The notes: generated from the sequence alone by a model not told the origin. Numbered from the stretch's first letter, positions 1 to 10,236 are shown. The stretch is DNA of 64,000 nucleotides from Candidatus Dojkabacteria bacterium (GCA_040006935.1 JBDTVZ010000003.1:66224-130223); one strand, 5' to 3'. Translations and numbers: made by a program.

Positions 1-2
1 AA

Positions 3-497
3 TATCAAGGTATAAGAGAGACTGAGGGAAGCGTAGAACTAATTGCAAGAACTAGCGTAAAGACAGAGATAAACAACCTAGAACAAAATTTAAGAAGCTG
101 GTTAAAAGCCTATAATCAACTTATTGGTTCATCCGAGATAAAGACCATAGAGCTAATAAAACTATCTCTACTATTGGTAGAAATCGTGAGTCCAAGATTA
201 CATCCATTTTATGATATGAATGGCACTATAGCTATGTACTTGGGCTTATACTACTCGGCTAAGAAATATGGTGAAGAAATAAAATTTGAACCGGATAATT
301 TTATAATGATTGGCAAGAAAGTGCTACAGGGTAATAAAATCGCATTAGGATTCTTTTCACTTTCACTGCTCAGGAATAATTTAATCAATACAGAATCATC
401 CCAATATTTCTTGAGAAAGTACTTTAAGCTCAATCAAACAGCATCTAATACCATAAACAGTTTCTTAAACTCTTTGAGAAAGAAATCCCGCAACTAG
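3..497 (+). CDS. Fic/Doc-like protein, 5'-partial, degenerate motif
   Basis: Frame open from base 3; HPFYDMNGTIAM resembles Fic HPFxDGNGRxxR. Confidence 0.55.
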   Translation, partial: YQGIRETEGSVELIARTSVKTEINNLEQNLRSWLKAYNQLIGSSEIKTIELIKLSLLLVEIVSPRLHPFYDMNGTIAMYLGLYYSAKKYGEEIKFEPDNFIMIGKKVLQGNKIALGFFSLSLLRNNLINTESSQYFLRKYFKLNQTASNTINSFLNSLRKKSRN

Positions 498-518
498 TGC
501 GGGATAATATCTTTTTTG
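485..518. terminator. Hairpin between convergent Fic-like gene and rpoD
   Basis: ATCCCGCA-actag-TGCGGGAT followed by T-rich tract. Confidence 0.55.
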
Positions 519-528
519 AACTCAATTC

Positions 529-1809
529 TTAATTTAAATAGTCCTTCAAAGCCTGAGCAATCTCGTCACTCTTCATCCTCCGTAGGGCTTTAGCTTCAAT
601 CTGCCTAATTCTTTCTCTGGTAACATTAAACTCATGTCCTACTTCTTCCAAAGTTCTTGCAACTCCATCTCTCAATCCAAATCTTAATTCTAATACTTTT
701 CTCTCTCTATCCGAAAGTGTTGAAAGAATATCATTAATTTGTTTTTTAAGATAAGACCATGTTGCTAATTCCTGAGGTGAGGATGTAAATTCATCTGGAA
801 TAATGTCACTTAACGAACTACTATCACTCTCTCCTTCATTCATTGGAGCCTCTAGGCTTTGAGGTTTTTGAGCAATCTTAATAATCTCATTTACTTTATC
901 TACAGTTAGTTCCATTGCTTCTGCAATTTCTTTTGTAGAAGGCTTTCTTCCTAACTTAGATGCGAGTTGACTTGAGACTTTACTTAACTTATTAATAGTT
1001 TCAATCATGTGCACAGGAACTCTAATTGTTCTTGCTTGGTCTGCAATTGCTCTAGTTATAGCTTGTCTAATCCACCAAGTTGCGTAAGTTGAGAACTTAA
1101 ATCCTTTTCGATATTCAAATTTATCAACAGCTCTCATTAAACCAAGATTACCTTCTTGAATTAAATCCAAAAGGTCTAATCCTCTCTTTAGGTAATTCTT
1201 AGCTATGGAAACTACAAGCCTTAAGTTAGCAGTGGTTAATAAGTTTTTAGCTTCGATTCCTTCTTTAAGAGTCTTATTTAAGAATTTTTTATCCTTCTCT
1301 TCTAGTCTTTTTTTAGCAGCATCGATTACAGGATGTTTGATGATTTTCTTCGACATTAGCTTTTCAGCTTTATCATAAATTGGATCAGCCTTGTCCTCTG
1401 CTAATTTAGCAATAACTATAATGAATTCTTTTTCTGCTTCCTCTATTCTCTTTGCGAAAAAAACTTCTTCCTCGGCACTTAATAATGGGATTTTCCCAAT
1501 TTCATGAAGGTAAGCTCTGATTGGATCAGTACTTACATGAGATTTTATTTGCTTTAGAATTTTAATTTTTTCCTCAAAAGTCATTCTCGAAGATGTTGCA
1601 GCATCAAATGCATAAGTCGCAGAATCTGCTGGCTCAATAATTTCTACCTCAGCTTCCTGTAAAGTTGATACAATGTACTCTAGTAGCTGTAAATTATCCT
1701 CAATATCTGGAAAGACTTCTAAAATGTCATCCTGGGAAAGGTAACCTTGCTTTTTACCAAGTATTAAAAGGCCTTTTACCTTCTCTTTAGACTCAGATGA
1801 TATTGACAT
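529..1809 (-). CDS. rpoD: Primary sigma factor RpoD
   Basis: Region 1.1, [57 protein letters not shown]. Confidence 0.97.
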   Translation of the reverse strand: MSISSESKEKVKGLLILGKKQGYLSQDDILEVFPDIEDNLQLLEYIVSTLQEAEVEIIEPADSATYAFDAATSSRMTFEEKIKILKQIKSHVSTDPIRAYLHEIGKIPLLSAEEEVFFAKRIEEAEKEFIIVIAKLAEDKADPIYDKAEKLMSKKIIKHPVIDAAKKRLEEKDKKFLNKTLKEGIEAKNLLTTANLRLVVSIAKNYLKRGLDLLDLIQEGNLGLMRAVDKFEYRKGFKFSTYATWWIRQAITRAIADQARTIRVPVHMIETINKLSKVSSQLASKLGRKPSTKEIAEAMELTVDKVNEIIKIAQKPQSLEAPMNEGESDSSSLSDIIPDEFTSSPQELATWSYLKKQINDILSTLSDRERKVLELRFGLRDGVARTLEEVGHEFNVTRERIRQIEAKALRRMKSDEIAQALKDYLN

Positions 1810-1854
1810 CAGTTCAAGTTAACAAATATGATATAGGGAGTGACTTAATTAGAA

Positions 1855-2730
1855 ATGAACTTATACAAAAATAAAAAAGAACAAAACAATTCATTAAGAA
1901 ACGAGCTTCAATACCTCGAGCTTAAAAACACTGACTTCTTTGCCAGGAAAGCTGTTCGGAATAATCGCATCACGCTCTCGAGTATTTTAACAAACTGTTA
2001 TAGTAAATTAAAAGATCTTGTACGTTCCTCTACTTTAGCCGGCATTATTATACCATCAATATTCGTAATCACAGGGTTTTTATTTATCTACCAACAGTTT
2101 TTCCCTGAAATTAAACAATTGATTGAGAAAAATTCAAACTATTTGGACCAAGGTAATATTTCTCCCGTAACTGATAAATATATAAATGTAAGTGAATATA
2201 TTTCAAATCCCTCTGGATTACCAGAACTAACTAAATCAGCATTAAAAGAAAATATCTTATTAAAAGACGATACAAGTTTAGCCTTTAACGAAACTTTTTA
2301 TATCTCTATTCCCTCTTTAGGAATGGATAAACTCCCTGTAACTCCTAATGTAGACAGTACAAGTGAATCAGCATACAATAGTGTTTTAACTAGTACACTA
2401 GCGCATTTTAAAAGTACTGGGTTACCAATATCACCAGTAGAAAATAATATTGTAATTTACGGACATAGTGCCAGCCCTAATTATGGTCCTAAACCAACCG
2501 ATCCTTATGTAGCATTCTCATTCTTACCAGACATTAAAGTCGGTGATGATATTTATATAGAAATGTCTGGTCAACAATTTCACTTTAAAACTTATAGAAA
2601 TAAAATCGTAGATCCAACAGATACTTCGATAATCACAGGTACAAAGGGAAGTAGAACACTTACTCTCTTCACATGTTTCCCATTAGGTAGTAATTCCCAA
2701 AGATTTATTTCAATAGCGAGAGAAGTTTGA
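1855..2730 (+). CDS. Sortase family protein
   Basis: N-terminal TM helix; IVIYGHS, TLTLFTC and downstream R (His/Cys/Arg triad). Confidence 0.85.
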   Translation: MNLYKNKKEQNNSLRNELQYLELKNTDFFARKAVRNNRITLSSILTNCYSKLKDLVRSSTLAGIIIPSIFVITGFLFIYQQFFPEIKQLIEKNSNYLDQGNISPVTDKYINVSEYISNPSGLPELTKSALKENILLKDDTSLAFNETFYISIPSLGMDKLPVTPNVDSTSESAYNSVLTSTLAHFKSTGLPISPVENNIVIYGHSASPNYGPKPTDPYVAFSFLPDIKVGDDIYIEMSGQQFHFKTYRNKIVDPTDTSIITGTKGSRTLTLFTCFPLGSNSQRFISIAREV

Positions 2731-2758
2731 AGCTCATAATTGGCAAAATCCCGTACTG

Positions 2759-3250
2759 ATGATAAAATCCCTTCATATTAATCTATTTCAAATGCTAGAT
2801 AACGATAACGAAACTCTTGAAAATTCAATAGGTGATTCTAAAATCTTCACCTCAGATGAAATTGGGCAAATTACACATATTTTTAGACAAGGTCGATCGA
2901 AACTGATTGATCTACTAACCTATTTCATTCTTGACAAAGAAATAATAGAAGAATTGGTGGAGGAAGTTAACTTTGATAGCATTAGGAATTTAGTTTTAGA
3001 AGAATTAAGCAAAATGTCACCAAAGGAGAAAGAAGATGCAGCCGAAAAGATGAGAGAATTTAGGGATACATTTGGTTCGAAACTACGAGAGGTTGATACA
3101 ATAAGAAAAAATGTATATGCTAGAGAAAATATAAAGAGTAGATATAGCGATGAAACCTTTCACGAAGGGACAACTGCATGGTTACTAGAAAGGATTCTAT
3201 TTGAGCTCTCTACCGAAATAATTGATTTGAGTAATTCAGAGCTCTCTTGA
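2759..3250 (+). CDS. Hypothetical protein
   Basis: 163 aa acidic helical ORF; start uncertain. Confidence 0.6.
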   Translation: MIKSLHINLFQMLDNDNETLENSIGDSKIFTSDEIGQITHIFRQGRSKLIDLLTYFILDKEIIEELVEEVNFDSIRNLVLEELSKMSPKEKEDAAEKMREFRDTFGSKLREVDTIRKNVYARENIKSRYSDETFHEGTTAWLLERILFELSTEIIDLSNSELS

Positions 3251-3366
3251 AAGTAATTATAAGCCACACTACTCATTCACTCAGCATTTAATCCAGGCCG
3301 TGTTACAGCCTATTCAGCTCAGTGTCATTGTGAGACATCGTCGTAGTAATGGCACTGTTTAAACTA

Positions 3367-4125
3367 TTACTTAATAAAATATTTACCCAACCATTTTTTC
3401 ATAAACGGCACTTCCATAAACTTTGCCACACCATAGAAAGCAACATTTAGTTCGCCCCAACCAATTAAAGCAGAAATTGATATTTCTAGGATTTTTCCTG
3501 ATGGAACATTGGTAATTGAGTATAGAATAATTCTGCTATTTAGTATTTCCCAAGCCAAACCTGTTAACAAACCAGCTAAAAATGGAGCAAAGAAAGTTAA
3601 AAATTTACCTTGAAATGTGTCAGAAAGAAAATTTTCTACATCAAAGATTGATAAAATAGACCCTGTTAACAGCGTAGCAAAAAATAGAAGAATAGGTATA
3701 AACCAAACATCAACCACTCCTCCTCTCTGGAGTTGATAAATTGAGACAATTATTGTTCCGATTACACTTACAATAAGAAGAAGCCAATAAACTATTTTAT
3801 TAGGATTTGGTAATTTGATAAAGCTCAATTTTCTAAGTTGACCCTCTACCCACAGTGTTGTTTCTAGAATAAAAGGCACAGAAACTATATAAGCAAAGAT
3901 TAAGATGAAAATTAAGTATTCCGCAGGAGCAGAAATAGGATATTCCCAAAGTTTAAACATTAAAACACCAAAAATATCTGAAATTATTCCTCCGACAAGC
4001 CCTAAAATAATACTTAGAAATACATAGTTCTTGTAACTAAACTTCTTAAAGAATAATTTCTGAGAGATAAATGCCCAGCCAAACAAATATACTGCATGAA
4101 GAAAAACGATAAAAGGGTATTCCAT
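3367..4125 (-). CDS. Polytopic membrane protein
   Basis: About 8 hydrophobic segments in two similar halves (LWEY/ILYS). Confidence 0.7.
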   Translation of the reverse strand: MEYPFIVFLHAVYLFGWAFISQKLFFKKFSYKNYVFLSIILGLVGGIISDIFGVLMFKLWEYPISAPAEYLIFILIFAYIVSVPFILETTLWVEGQLRKLSFIKLPNPNKIVYWLLLIVSVIGTIIVSIYQLQRGGVVDVWFIPILLFFATLLTGSILSIFDVENFLSDTFQGKFLTFFAPFLAGLLTGLAWEILNSRIILYSITNVPSGKILEISISALIGWGELNVAFYGVAKFMEVPFMKKWLGKYFIK

Positions 4126-4171
4126 ATAGAATAATTAACAGTTTTATAATTAATAGATTATACAGTTATAG

Positions 4172-4212
4172 AAATAAAAAATGAAGATAATCTTTTCAAA
4201 TTATCTTCATTT
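4172..4212 (-). terminator. Intrinsic terminator after ftsZ
   Basis: AATGAAGATAAT/ATTATCTTCATT inverted repeat then T-run on minus strand. Confidence 0.6.
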
Positions 4213-4238
4213 ACTCATTCTCTCATTTACTAATTTAA

Positions 4239-5405
4239 TTATTCATTCCCGTAATCCTTTCTTCTTCTCAAAAAGCTTGGCAAAGATTCCAAATCATCCT
4301 CACTATCCGCAACTGGAGCTTGTCTTTGAAGATTACCCATCATATTAGGAGATCTTACTTCAGGTTTCTTAACAAAACTTGAAGCATTACTATTTGATGA
4401 CGAAGAAGACTCTCCTGGTCTATTCATTGCAATGAATTCACCAGTGTTATAGTCCATATCAAATCCGCAGGCTAATACAGTTACTTCAAATTTATCTTCA
4501 TAAGAAGGATCAATACTTGCTCCAAAAATAAATGTCGCATCTGGATTAATTTTATCTTTAATAATTTCCGCAGCGGAAGATATTTCTAACATTCCTAAGT
4601 CTTTTCCACCGATTACATTGAATAGGACTCCTTTTGCTCCGTCGATTGAAACCTCCAGTAAAGGACTTTCAATTGCTTGTTTTGCTGCCATTGCTGCTCT
4701 ATTTTCACCAGATGCTTGTCCAATTCCCATCAAAGCAGTTCCTCCATCAGCCATTACAGATTTAACATCTGCAAAGTCTACATTGATTAAACCAGTTTGA
4801 GTAATTAAATTCGAAATACTTTTAACAGCTTGTGCTAAAACGTCATCTGCTCTCTTCATTGCATCTAGGAAAGATACATTTTTATCTAAAGATTCTAAAA
4901 GCTTTTGGTTAGGAACTACAATTAATGTATCTACTTTATCTCTTAGTTCCTCAATTCCCTTCAAAGCTGAGTCCATCCTTCTTTTCATTTCGAAGTGGAA
5001 TGGTTTAGTTACAACTCCAACAGTTAATGCTCCTAAATTTTTTGCAATTCCTGCTACTATTGGTGCTGCCCCAGTACCAGTTCCACCACCCATTCCTGCT
5101 GTGATAAAAACCATATCTGCTCCAGCCATATGTTCATGAATTTGATCCACACTCTCTTCGGCAGCTTTTCTTCCAATTACTGGATTTCCTCCACTTCCTA
5201 AACCTCTTGTAATTTGCTCTCCAATTCTTAACTTTGTATCTGCTTTGGAACTTAACAATGCTTGTGCATCTGTATTAACAGCAATAAATTCAACATCTTG
5301 AATGTTGTACTCAGAAACCATTGTATTAAGGGCGTTTCCTCCTCCTCCTCCGACTCCAACAACTTTAATTTTTGCGCTTAGCGATGCTTGGGGTTTAACT
5401 AACAT
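4239..5405 (-). CDS. ftsZ: Cell division protein FtsZ
   Basis: VGVGGGGGNA, GMGGGTGTG, NVDFADV, C-terminal LPSFLRR. Confidence 0.98.
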   Translation of the reverse strand: MLVKPQASLSAKIKVVGVGGGGGNALNTMVSEYNIQDVEFIAVNTDAQALLSSKADTKLRIGEQITRGLGSGGNPVIGRKAAEESVDQIHEHMAGADMVFITAGMGGGTGTGAAPIVAGIAKNLGALTVGVVTKPFHFEMKRRMDSALKGIEELRDKVDTLIVVPNQKLLESLDKNVSFLDAMKRADDVLAQAVKSISNLITQTGLINVDFADVKSVMADGGTALMGIGQASGENRAAMAAKQAIESPLLEVSIDGAKGVLFNVIGGKDLGMLEISSAAEIIKDKINPDATFIFGASIDPSYEDKFEVTVLACGFDMDYNTGEFIAMNRPGESSSSSNSNASSFVKKPEVRSPNMMGNLQRQAPVADSEDDLESLPSFLRRRKDYGNE

Positions 5406-5621
5406 ATGATCAAAAGTTTAAATGTAAGGATAAGTAACTATAATACTAAATTACTTATGTCTAAAATGCAAGTAAAATATGTACTCAGGTGGGCTTTAAA
5501 TGATCACAGAGTTTGAACTTTTGAAAATACTCTACCACATTAGTATATATTTAAAGGGTTAGAATGAGTAATAAGTTAATACAATTCAACTAGCCCTGAA
5601 ATTCACCCTCTCTCTTTTAAG

Positions 5622-5640
5622 CTGCCGACCGGCAAGGCAG
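5622..5640. repeat. CTGCC...GGCAG hairpin micro-element
   Basis: CTGCCGACCGGCAAGGCAG, GC island in AT-rich spacer. Confidence 0.55.
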
Positions 5641-5699
5641 ATTTCAATGACACTTATTCTTTTAAGAATTGATTATTGATGTTTGGTATTGGTTATTCC

Positions 5700-7013
5700 T
5701 TACGGTGCTAATGTCTTGAAGATTCCAGTAATTCGTCCTAATAGCCCTCCTGTTGGAGATGAAGTCCTCTTTTTATTTACAGATCCTCCAGTTGAATATC
5801 TGGAACTATCACCTCTTGCGACTTCATCGTTTAATGCATAAAGGATTAACCCTTGTGCTGCTGAAAATGCTGGTGTTGCAAGCCCTTCTACTAACCCTTC
5901 CAATCCTTTTGGATTTCCTACTCTTGCTGGGACTCCGAATGCTTTTTTAGCCATGTTTGCAAGTCCAGGGATTTGTGAAGATCCTCCTGTTATGACTATT
6001 CCAGCTGGGAGTTTAAATTCATAGCCTGCTTGGTCAATGTTTTGAATAACTAATTCGAAGATCTCGCTTACTCTCTCTTCTACAATCACGTTAAATAATT
6101 TTCTTGAGATAGTCTTAATTCCTTCTATTCCTAGTGAACTTACATCTATAATATCTTTCTTTTTCTCTTCAGAATCATCTTCATCTTCTTCGTCTCTGGA
6201 TTTCGACTTTGTTCCAATACCCTCTACTCCTTTGAATAATGCTCCGGCATTTATTTTCACTTTTTCTGCTTCATCCAAAGACAATCTTAATCCTGCTGCT
6301 AAATCTCTTGTAATATTGCTACCACCAAAAGAGATTGATGTGCTGTAAGTAACTTCATCTTCTACAAATGTTGTAATAGAAACTGTCCCTCCACCTATAT
6401 CTAATAGAAGTACACCTAATTCTTTTTCTGTTGGTGTTAACACTGAATGTGATGCCGCCCAACCGGTGAATACAATTCCATCTAGTTTAAGACCAATGCT
6501 TTGTATACACTTTTCTAAGTTATGTTTTGCTGTTACTGGAACAGAAATAATATGCGAATCTACCTCTAACCTTGTACCAGTCATTCCTAGTGGGACTTTA
6601 ATTCCAGTTTGTTGATCTACAATGAATTCTCTTGGGATTAAATGAATAATTTCTCTAGATTGAGGGATGGCGACTGTTTTTGCCTGTTCTAATGCTCTAA
6701 ATACATCGTCTTCTGTGATTTCTGTGTCAGAAATTGCTACTACACCTTTATTATTATTAGAAAGAATTTGTTTTCCATTTATAGTTACATATGCGGAGGA
6801 AACCGTTAATCCAGCCATTCTCTCTGCTCCACTTAACGAAGAAGCAATTGAATTGATAGCTTCGTCAATTCCGGTAATTTCACCTTTCTTAATTCCATGT
6901 GCTGGGTAAGAAGCCTCTCCTATAACCTTAGCTTTCCCTTCCTCGTCAACTAAAGCTATGATTGTGCACACTTTTGTAGATCCGATATCAATTGCTGTTA
7001 TTATATTTGCCAT
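5700..7013 (-). CDS. ftsA: Cell division protein FtsA
   Basis: AIDIGSTKV, LDIGGG, VITGGSS, PARVG; upstream of ftsZ. Confidence 0.96.
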   Translation of the reverse strand: MANIITAIDIGSTKVCTIIALVDEEGKAKVIGEASYPAHGIKKGEITGIDEAINSIASSLSGAERMAGLTVSSAYVTINGKQILSNNNKGVVAISDTEITEDDVFRALEQAKTVAIPQSREIIHLIPREFIVDQQTGIKVPLGMTGTRLEVDSHIISVPVTAKHNLEKCIQSIGLKLDGIVFTGWAASHSVLTPTEKELGVLLLDIGGGTVSITTFVEDEVTYSTSISFGGSNITRDLAAGLRLSLDEAEKVKINAGALFKGVEGIGTKSKSRDEEDEDDSEEKKKDIIDVSSLGIEGIKTISRKLFNVIVEERVSEIFELVIQNIDQAGYEFKLPAGIVITGGSSQIPGLANMAKKAFGVPARVGNPKGLEGLVEGLATPAFSAAQGLILYALNDEVARGDSSRYSTGGSVNKKRTSSPTGGLLGRITGIFKTLAP

Positions 7014-7089
7014 AGAATCTCTTTAACTTAAATTAAATGTTATTTCTATATTTTAACAGATTTATTGTTATTTAATAACATTACTGATT

Positions 7090-7187
7090 AAAAGTACATA
7101 ACGTTAAAACGTTGGAAATTTAGAACGTTATAAAGATTACCTCAACGTTTCCAATATTACAACTTTTAATTTTGTAACTTTTCAACG
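7090..7187. repeat. Degenerate 8-bp periodic inverted array
   Basis: TAACGTTA AAACGTTG GAAATTTA GAACGTTA ... CAACGTTT ... TAACTTTT CAACG. Confidence 0.7.
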
Positions 7188-7194
7188 TGGGTTG

Positions 7195-8205
7195 TTAAAT
7201 TCCAGAATATTTTTCTGTTCTAAAGTCTATTATGCTTAAGTTATTATACTCTCCACTAGAAATTAGTACATTTAAATCTCTAACCTGATCTAATGCTGGC
7301 CTACGTGGATAAAACAAAAGTTGTTTCCCTGTATCAGTATCAAATACAAAAGTATCCCCTGCTCGGTAATCAATATCAATAATATTTAATGGTATTTTCA
7401 AAATAAGTTCTTGTATTTTTAGAACGAACTCTATGCTTGTTTCGCTCACCTCCTCCCCTATTCCCGTTTTATCCAGAAGCCTTACTAAATCTGAGTAGAC
7501 TGATTGTGATACTACGGCTTGTGCTTGTTCAAAATATGCATTTATTTTTCCTTGTGCTTCACTTTTAAACATATCTATATATCTGTCTTTATCTTCTTTT
7601 GTTGCTTTAGACCAAAGATTCCCTGCGTCAATATTAGCTTGGTCTTCTTCAAATCTTTTTTTAACTGAAGGATCGTCTTCTTTAAGTTTTCCGTCTAGAG
7701 CTGATGATTCTTGTCCTGTGAGTTCTATTTTTGGTGCTGGCAAACTTCCCACTTCCATTGCCCTATTATTTAGAAGGCTTATTTTGTCCTTTGAAACTAC
7801 TACTACTACTGGAGTACTTTCTACAATATCTACTTTTATTAATCCTGTAATATCTTTAGAAACATATACGGCTAACACTTCTCCATACTTACTTTTTATG
7901 AGATTTTCTATTTCGCCAGGACGAATTTTTAAAATATTCTTACCCTTATAAACATCTAAAAGATTTAGAATATCTTTACTATCGACTCTAACAATACCTA
8001 CTATTTGAATATCTTGGACTAAAAATATTTTATCATTATTAAATAAGAAGATTCCGAATCCAGCGATAATGATAACTATTGCCATTAGGAAATATTTTTT
8101 AAGCGATCCTATTTTATCTGCAACATCTCCTGCCATATCTTTCAGAAGCAGTTTTCTCCTTTGCTTTTTATAATCAATTTTTGGTTCTTTATTCCTTCCA
8201 AACAT
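7195..8205 (-). CDS. ftsQ: FtsQ/DivIB-like cell division protein
   Basis: Basic N-terminus, TM helix, POTRA-like IQIVG, C-terminal IIDFR; upstream of ftsA; start reset to MFGRNK. Confidence 0.8.
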   Translation of the reverse strand: MFGRNKEPKIDYKKQRRKLLLKDMAGDVADKIGSLKKYFLMAIVIIIAGFGIFLFNNDKIFLVQDIQIVGIVRVDSKDILNLLDVYKGKNILKIRPGEIENLIKSKYGEVLAVYVSKDITGLIKVDIVESTPVVVVVSKDKISLLNNRAMEVGSLPAPKIELTGQESSALDGKLKEDDPSVKKRFEEDQANIDAGNLWSKATKEDKDRYIDMFKSEAQGKINAYFEQAQAVVSQSVYSDLVRLLDKTGIGEEVSETSIEFVLKIQELILKIPLNIIDIDYRAGDTFVFDTDTGKQLLFYPRRPALDQVRDLNVLISSGEYNNLSIIDFRTEKYSGI

Positions 8206-8262
8206 ACAACTCATATTACACGAGCATGAAGATGAAGTCATGATGAATATCATATGTACAGG

Positions 8263-8414
8263 CCTGCCCTGAGCGTAGCCGAAGGGCTGAGATGTTTGGA
8301 GTATTTGCCCAGCTGTAAAATCCCCCGGCACTCCTGCCTGCCTCTGGCATGGTTGCAAAGGGAGAATTCCTCCTTTTTAAAGGAGGTGGCCAGCTTTAGC
8401 TGGACGGAGGATTT
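8263..8414. repeat. Cluster of REP-like palindromes with nested insert
   Basis: CCTGCCCTGAGCGTAGCCGAAGGG; AAATCCCCCG...CGGAGGATTT envelope holding CCTCCTTTTTAAAGGAGG, CCAGCTTTAGCTGG and CCTGCCTGCCTCTGGCATGG. Confidence 0.75.
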
Positions 8415-8464
8415 CTACCGCACCGAAAGCATGACAAAGATTTTGTGCGGTCCTTATTGGTAAT

Positions 8465-8490
8465 AAAAAAAAAGACCCTCACGGGTCTTC
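8465..8490 (-). terminator. Intrinsic terminator of rpsO
   Basis: AAGACCC-tcac-GGGTCTT with long T-run on minus strand. Confidence 0.8.
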
Positions 8491-8509
8491 TTTAAAATTC
8501 TTAATATAC

Positions 8510-8800
8510 TTAAATTCCTAATTCTTTAAAAGTTTTAGTAACTTTAGCTTGATCTTCAACAGTTCTTTCTACATATTTAATCAATCTTCTTCTGTCTCCA
8601 ACCAACTTCAATAGACCTCTTCTAGAGTGCTTATCTTTTTTATTAGTCTTTAAATGACTAGATAAATACTTAATTCTCTCTGTTAACAAAGCGATTTGTA
8701 CAAGAGGAGATCCAGTATCTTTATCATGTTCTCCATACTTCTTAATTAACTCAGTTTTTTGAGTTTTATCTTTGTTGAAATTTGACTTCTTACTTGACAT
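8510..8800 (-). CDS. rpsO: 30S ribosomal protein S15
   Basis: [34 protein letters not shown]. Confidence 0.97.
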   Translation of the reverse strand: MSSKKSNFNKDKTQKTELIKKYGEHDKDTGSPLVQIALLTERIKYLSSHLKTNKKDKHSRRGLLKLVGDRRRLIKYVERTVEDQAKVTKTFKELGI

Positions 8801-8854
8801 ATCTTAATTCGGAATTAAATAATGGTTATATTATAGTACAAAAGACTTTATTAA

Positions 8855-9142
8855 TCAATCAGGTAAGTCATCTTTATCTTCCCCTCTATTTGTTAACCTT
8901 GAAAACAGATTTTGAGCGCTGTCTTTAAAAGTTAAGGCCGATTTCACTGTTGAACGTACTGCTTTGTAATCTGAAAGAGTAAGGTCAGTAAGCTCTGATA
9001 CGTTCTGCACAGGTTTTCTAACATCCTCCAACATTGCTGTGACTTTGTTAATAAGCCTCATTATTGCGAAGGAAATCCCAGCTATTGCGAAAGCAATGGC
9101 TAGAGTTAGTAATATTTTTACAAAATCGTCTGTAGGTATAAT
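8855..9142 (-). CDS. Small TM + coiled-coil protein (DUF948-like); start uncertain
   Basis: Frame is open upstream of ATG 9061 and encodes ILLTLAIAFAIAGISFAI; only ATT/ATA/ATC starts available. Confidence 0.55.
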   Translation of the reverse strand: MIPTDDFVKILLTLAIAFAIAGISFAIMRLINKVTAMLEDVRKPVQNVSELTDLTLSDYKAVRSTVKSALTFKDSAQNLFSRLTNRGEDKDDLPD

Positions 9143-9214
9143 ATTTTTTAGGATAATATGTTAAATTCTCTCTTATTATTATATTTTTTTAATCTTAATT
9201 AAGCAAGGAATTAA

Positions 9215-9242
9215 TTGACAAAATAGCCAATTTAGCTATAAT
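9215..9242 (+). promoter_or_regulatory. Consensus sigma70 promoter with overlapping inverted repeat
   Basis: TTGACA-16 bp-TATAAT; ATAGC-caattta-GCTAT overlaps the -10. Confidence 0.75.
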
Positions 9243-9269
9243 TATTCTACTTACGTTAACTACTCGCAT

Positions 9270-9656
9270 ATGCATAAAAATAAAGATGGAAAAGTAACAG
9301 CGTCACTTACTGAAGTTAAAAATAGAACGGGAGACATTTTTGCACTTGTTGATGAATTCGGAGAGGTATATTTAACTTCGTATAATAAGGTTAGGTATAA
9401 GATTACCAAAACAGATATTGCTGATTATATTGATCTGAAGGATTCTCCTACTAAAACAGAAAAGAAAGAAGTTAAGAAAGTTATTAAACAGGATAAATCG
9501 ATCACACAGGAAGAATTAAGACCAAAAGTTGTGACAGAAGGGTCTGCTGTGAACAATGTTTTAAGCAAAATATCTAAGGTTTTACCTTGGGATAGAGATA
9601 ATAAAATGGAAAGAAAATTTGCAGATAATGCAAGAAGTCCTTTAGTTAGTAATTAA
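9270..9656 (+). CDS. Phd/YefM-like antitoxin with long C-terminal tail
   Basis: ASLTEVKNRTGDIFALVDEFGEVYLTSYNKVRY fits the Phd N-terminal pattern; directly upstream of PIN gene. Confidence 0.65.
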   Translation: MHKNKDGKVTASLTEVKNRTGDIFALVDEFGEVYLTSYNKVRYKITKTDIADYIDLKDSPTKTEKKEVKKVIKQDKSITQEELRPKVVTEGSAVNNVLSKISKVLPWDRDNKMERKFADNARSPLVSN

Positions 9657-9673
9657 ATATTAATGTTAATAAT

Positions 9674-10048
9674 ATGAAAGAAGTTGTATTAGTTGATACT
9701 GGAATAATTGTAGAGTATCTAAGAACAGGCAAAGGCGTACTCCCCTCTGCTTATGAGAGCTATGAGATGGTAATATCTGCATCAACTTACACTGAGCTTT
9801 TAGCAAGTAAAACTTTTGAAGATGAGGCTTTAAAAAAAGAAGTGTTGGAATTTTGTGAGAAGTACTTCTCTATTAAGGATGTTACAGCTGAAATTGCTAT
9901 GAAGGCAGCTGAGGTTTTAAGAAATGCAGAGGTAACTCTTGCAACTGCATATATTGCAGCAACAGCCTTGGAGCATAATATTAAAGTATTAACTGATGAT
10001 CAGAAGAAATTTAGTGAAGTCTCAGGACTTATCTTCATGAATATGTAA
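9674..10048 (+). CDS. PIN domain (VapC-like) protein
   Basis: VLVDTGIIV, TYTEL, YIAATALEHNIKVLTDDQKKF. Confidence 0.85.
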   Translation: MKEVVLVDTGIIVEYLRTGKGVLPSAYESYEMVISASTYTELLASKTFEDEALKKEVLEFCEKYFSIKDVTAEIAMKAAEVLRNAEVTLATAYIAATALEHNIKVLTDDQKKFSEVSGLIFMNM

Positions 10049-10070
10049 CTAGATTATTGAACAAGATTTT

Positions 10071-10096
10071 AAACCGGTGGAAGCCGGTTTTTTATT
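10071..10096 (+). terminator. Intrinsic terminator
   Basis: AAACCGG-tggaag-CCGGTTT plus T-run. Confidence 0.75.
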
Positions 10097-10162
10097 TCAA
10101 AGTCATCTGCTATAATTGCATGCATTTGATATCGCGAAACTTTTCGAACATGTTATCAGAGT

Positions 10163-10236
10163 CGGAGAGTAGTTCAATTGGCTAGAATACGCGTTTTGGG
10201 AACGCGGGGTTGCAGGTTCGAGTCCTGTCTCTCCGA
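10163..10236 (+). tRNA. tRNA-Pro(TGG), CCA not encoded
   Basis: CGGAGAG/CTCTCCG acceptor, CGCGT-tt TGG ga-ACGCG, GGTTCGAGTCC. Confidence 0.95.

Noticed and set aside
7090-7187. CRISPR array
   Set aside because: Units are 8 bp, degenerate and have no unique spacers; no cas genes are in the window.
8206-8463. FtsQ N-terminal extension and 69-aa plus-strand ORF
   Set aside because: Both are translations of the repeat island; MFGRNK is the more plausible start.
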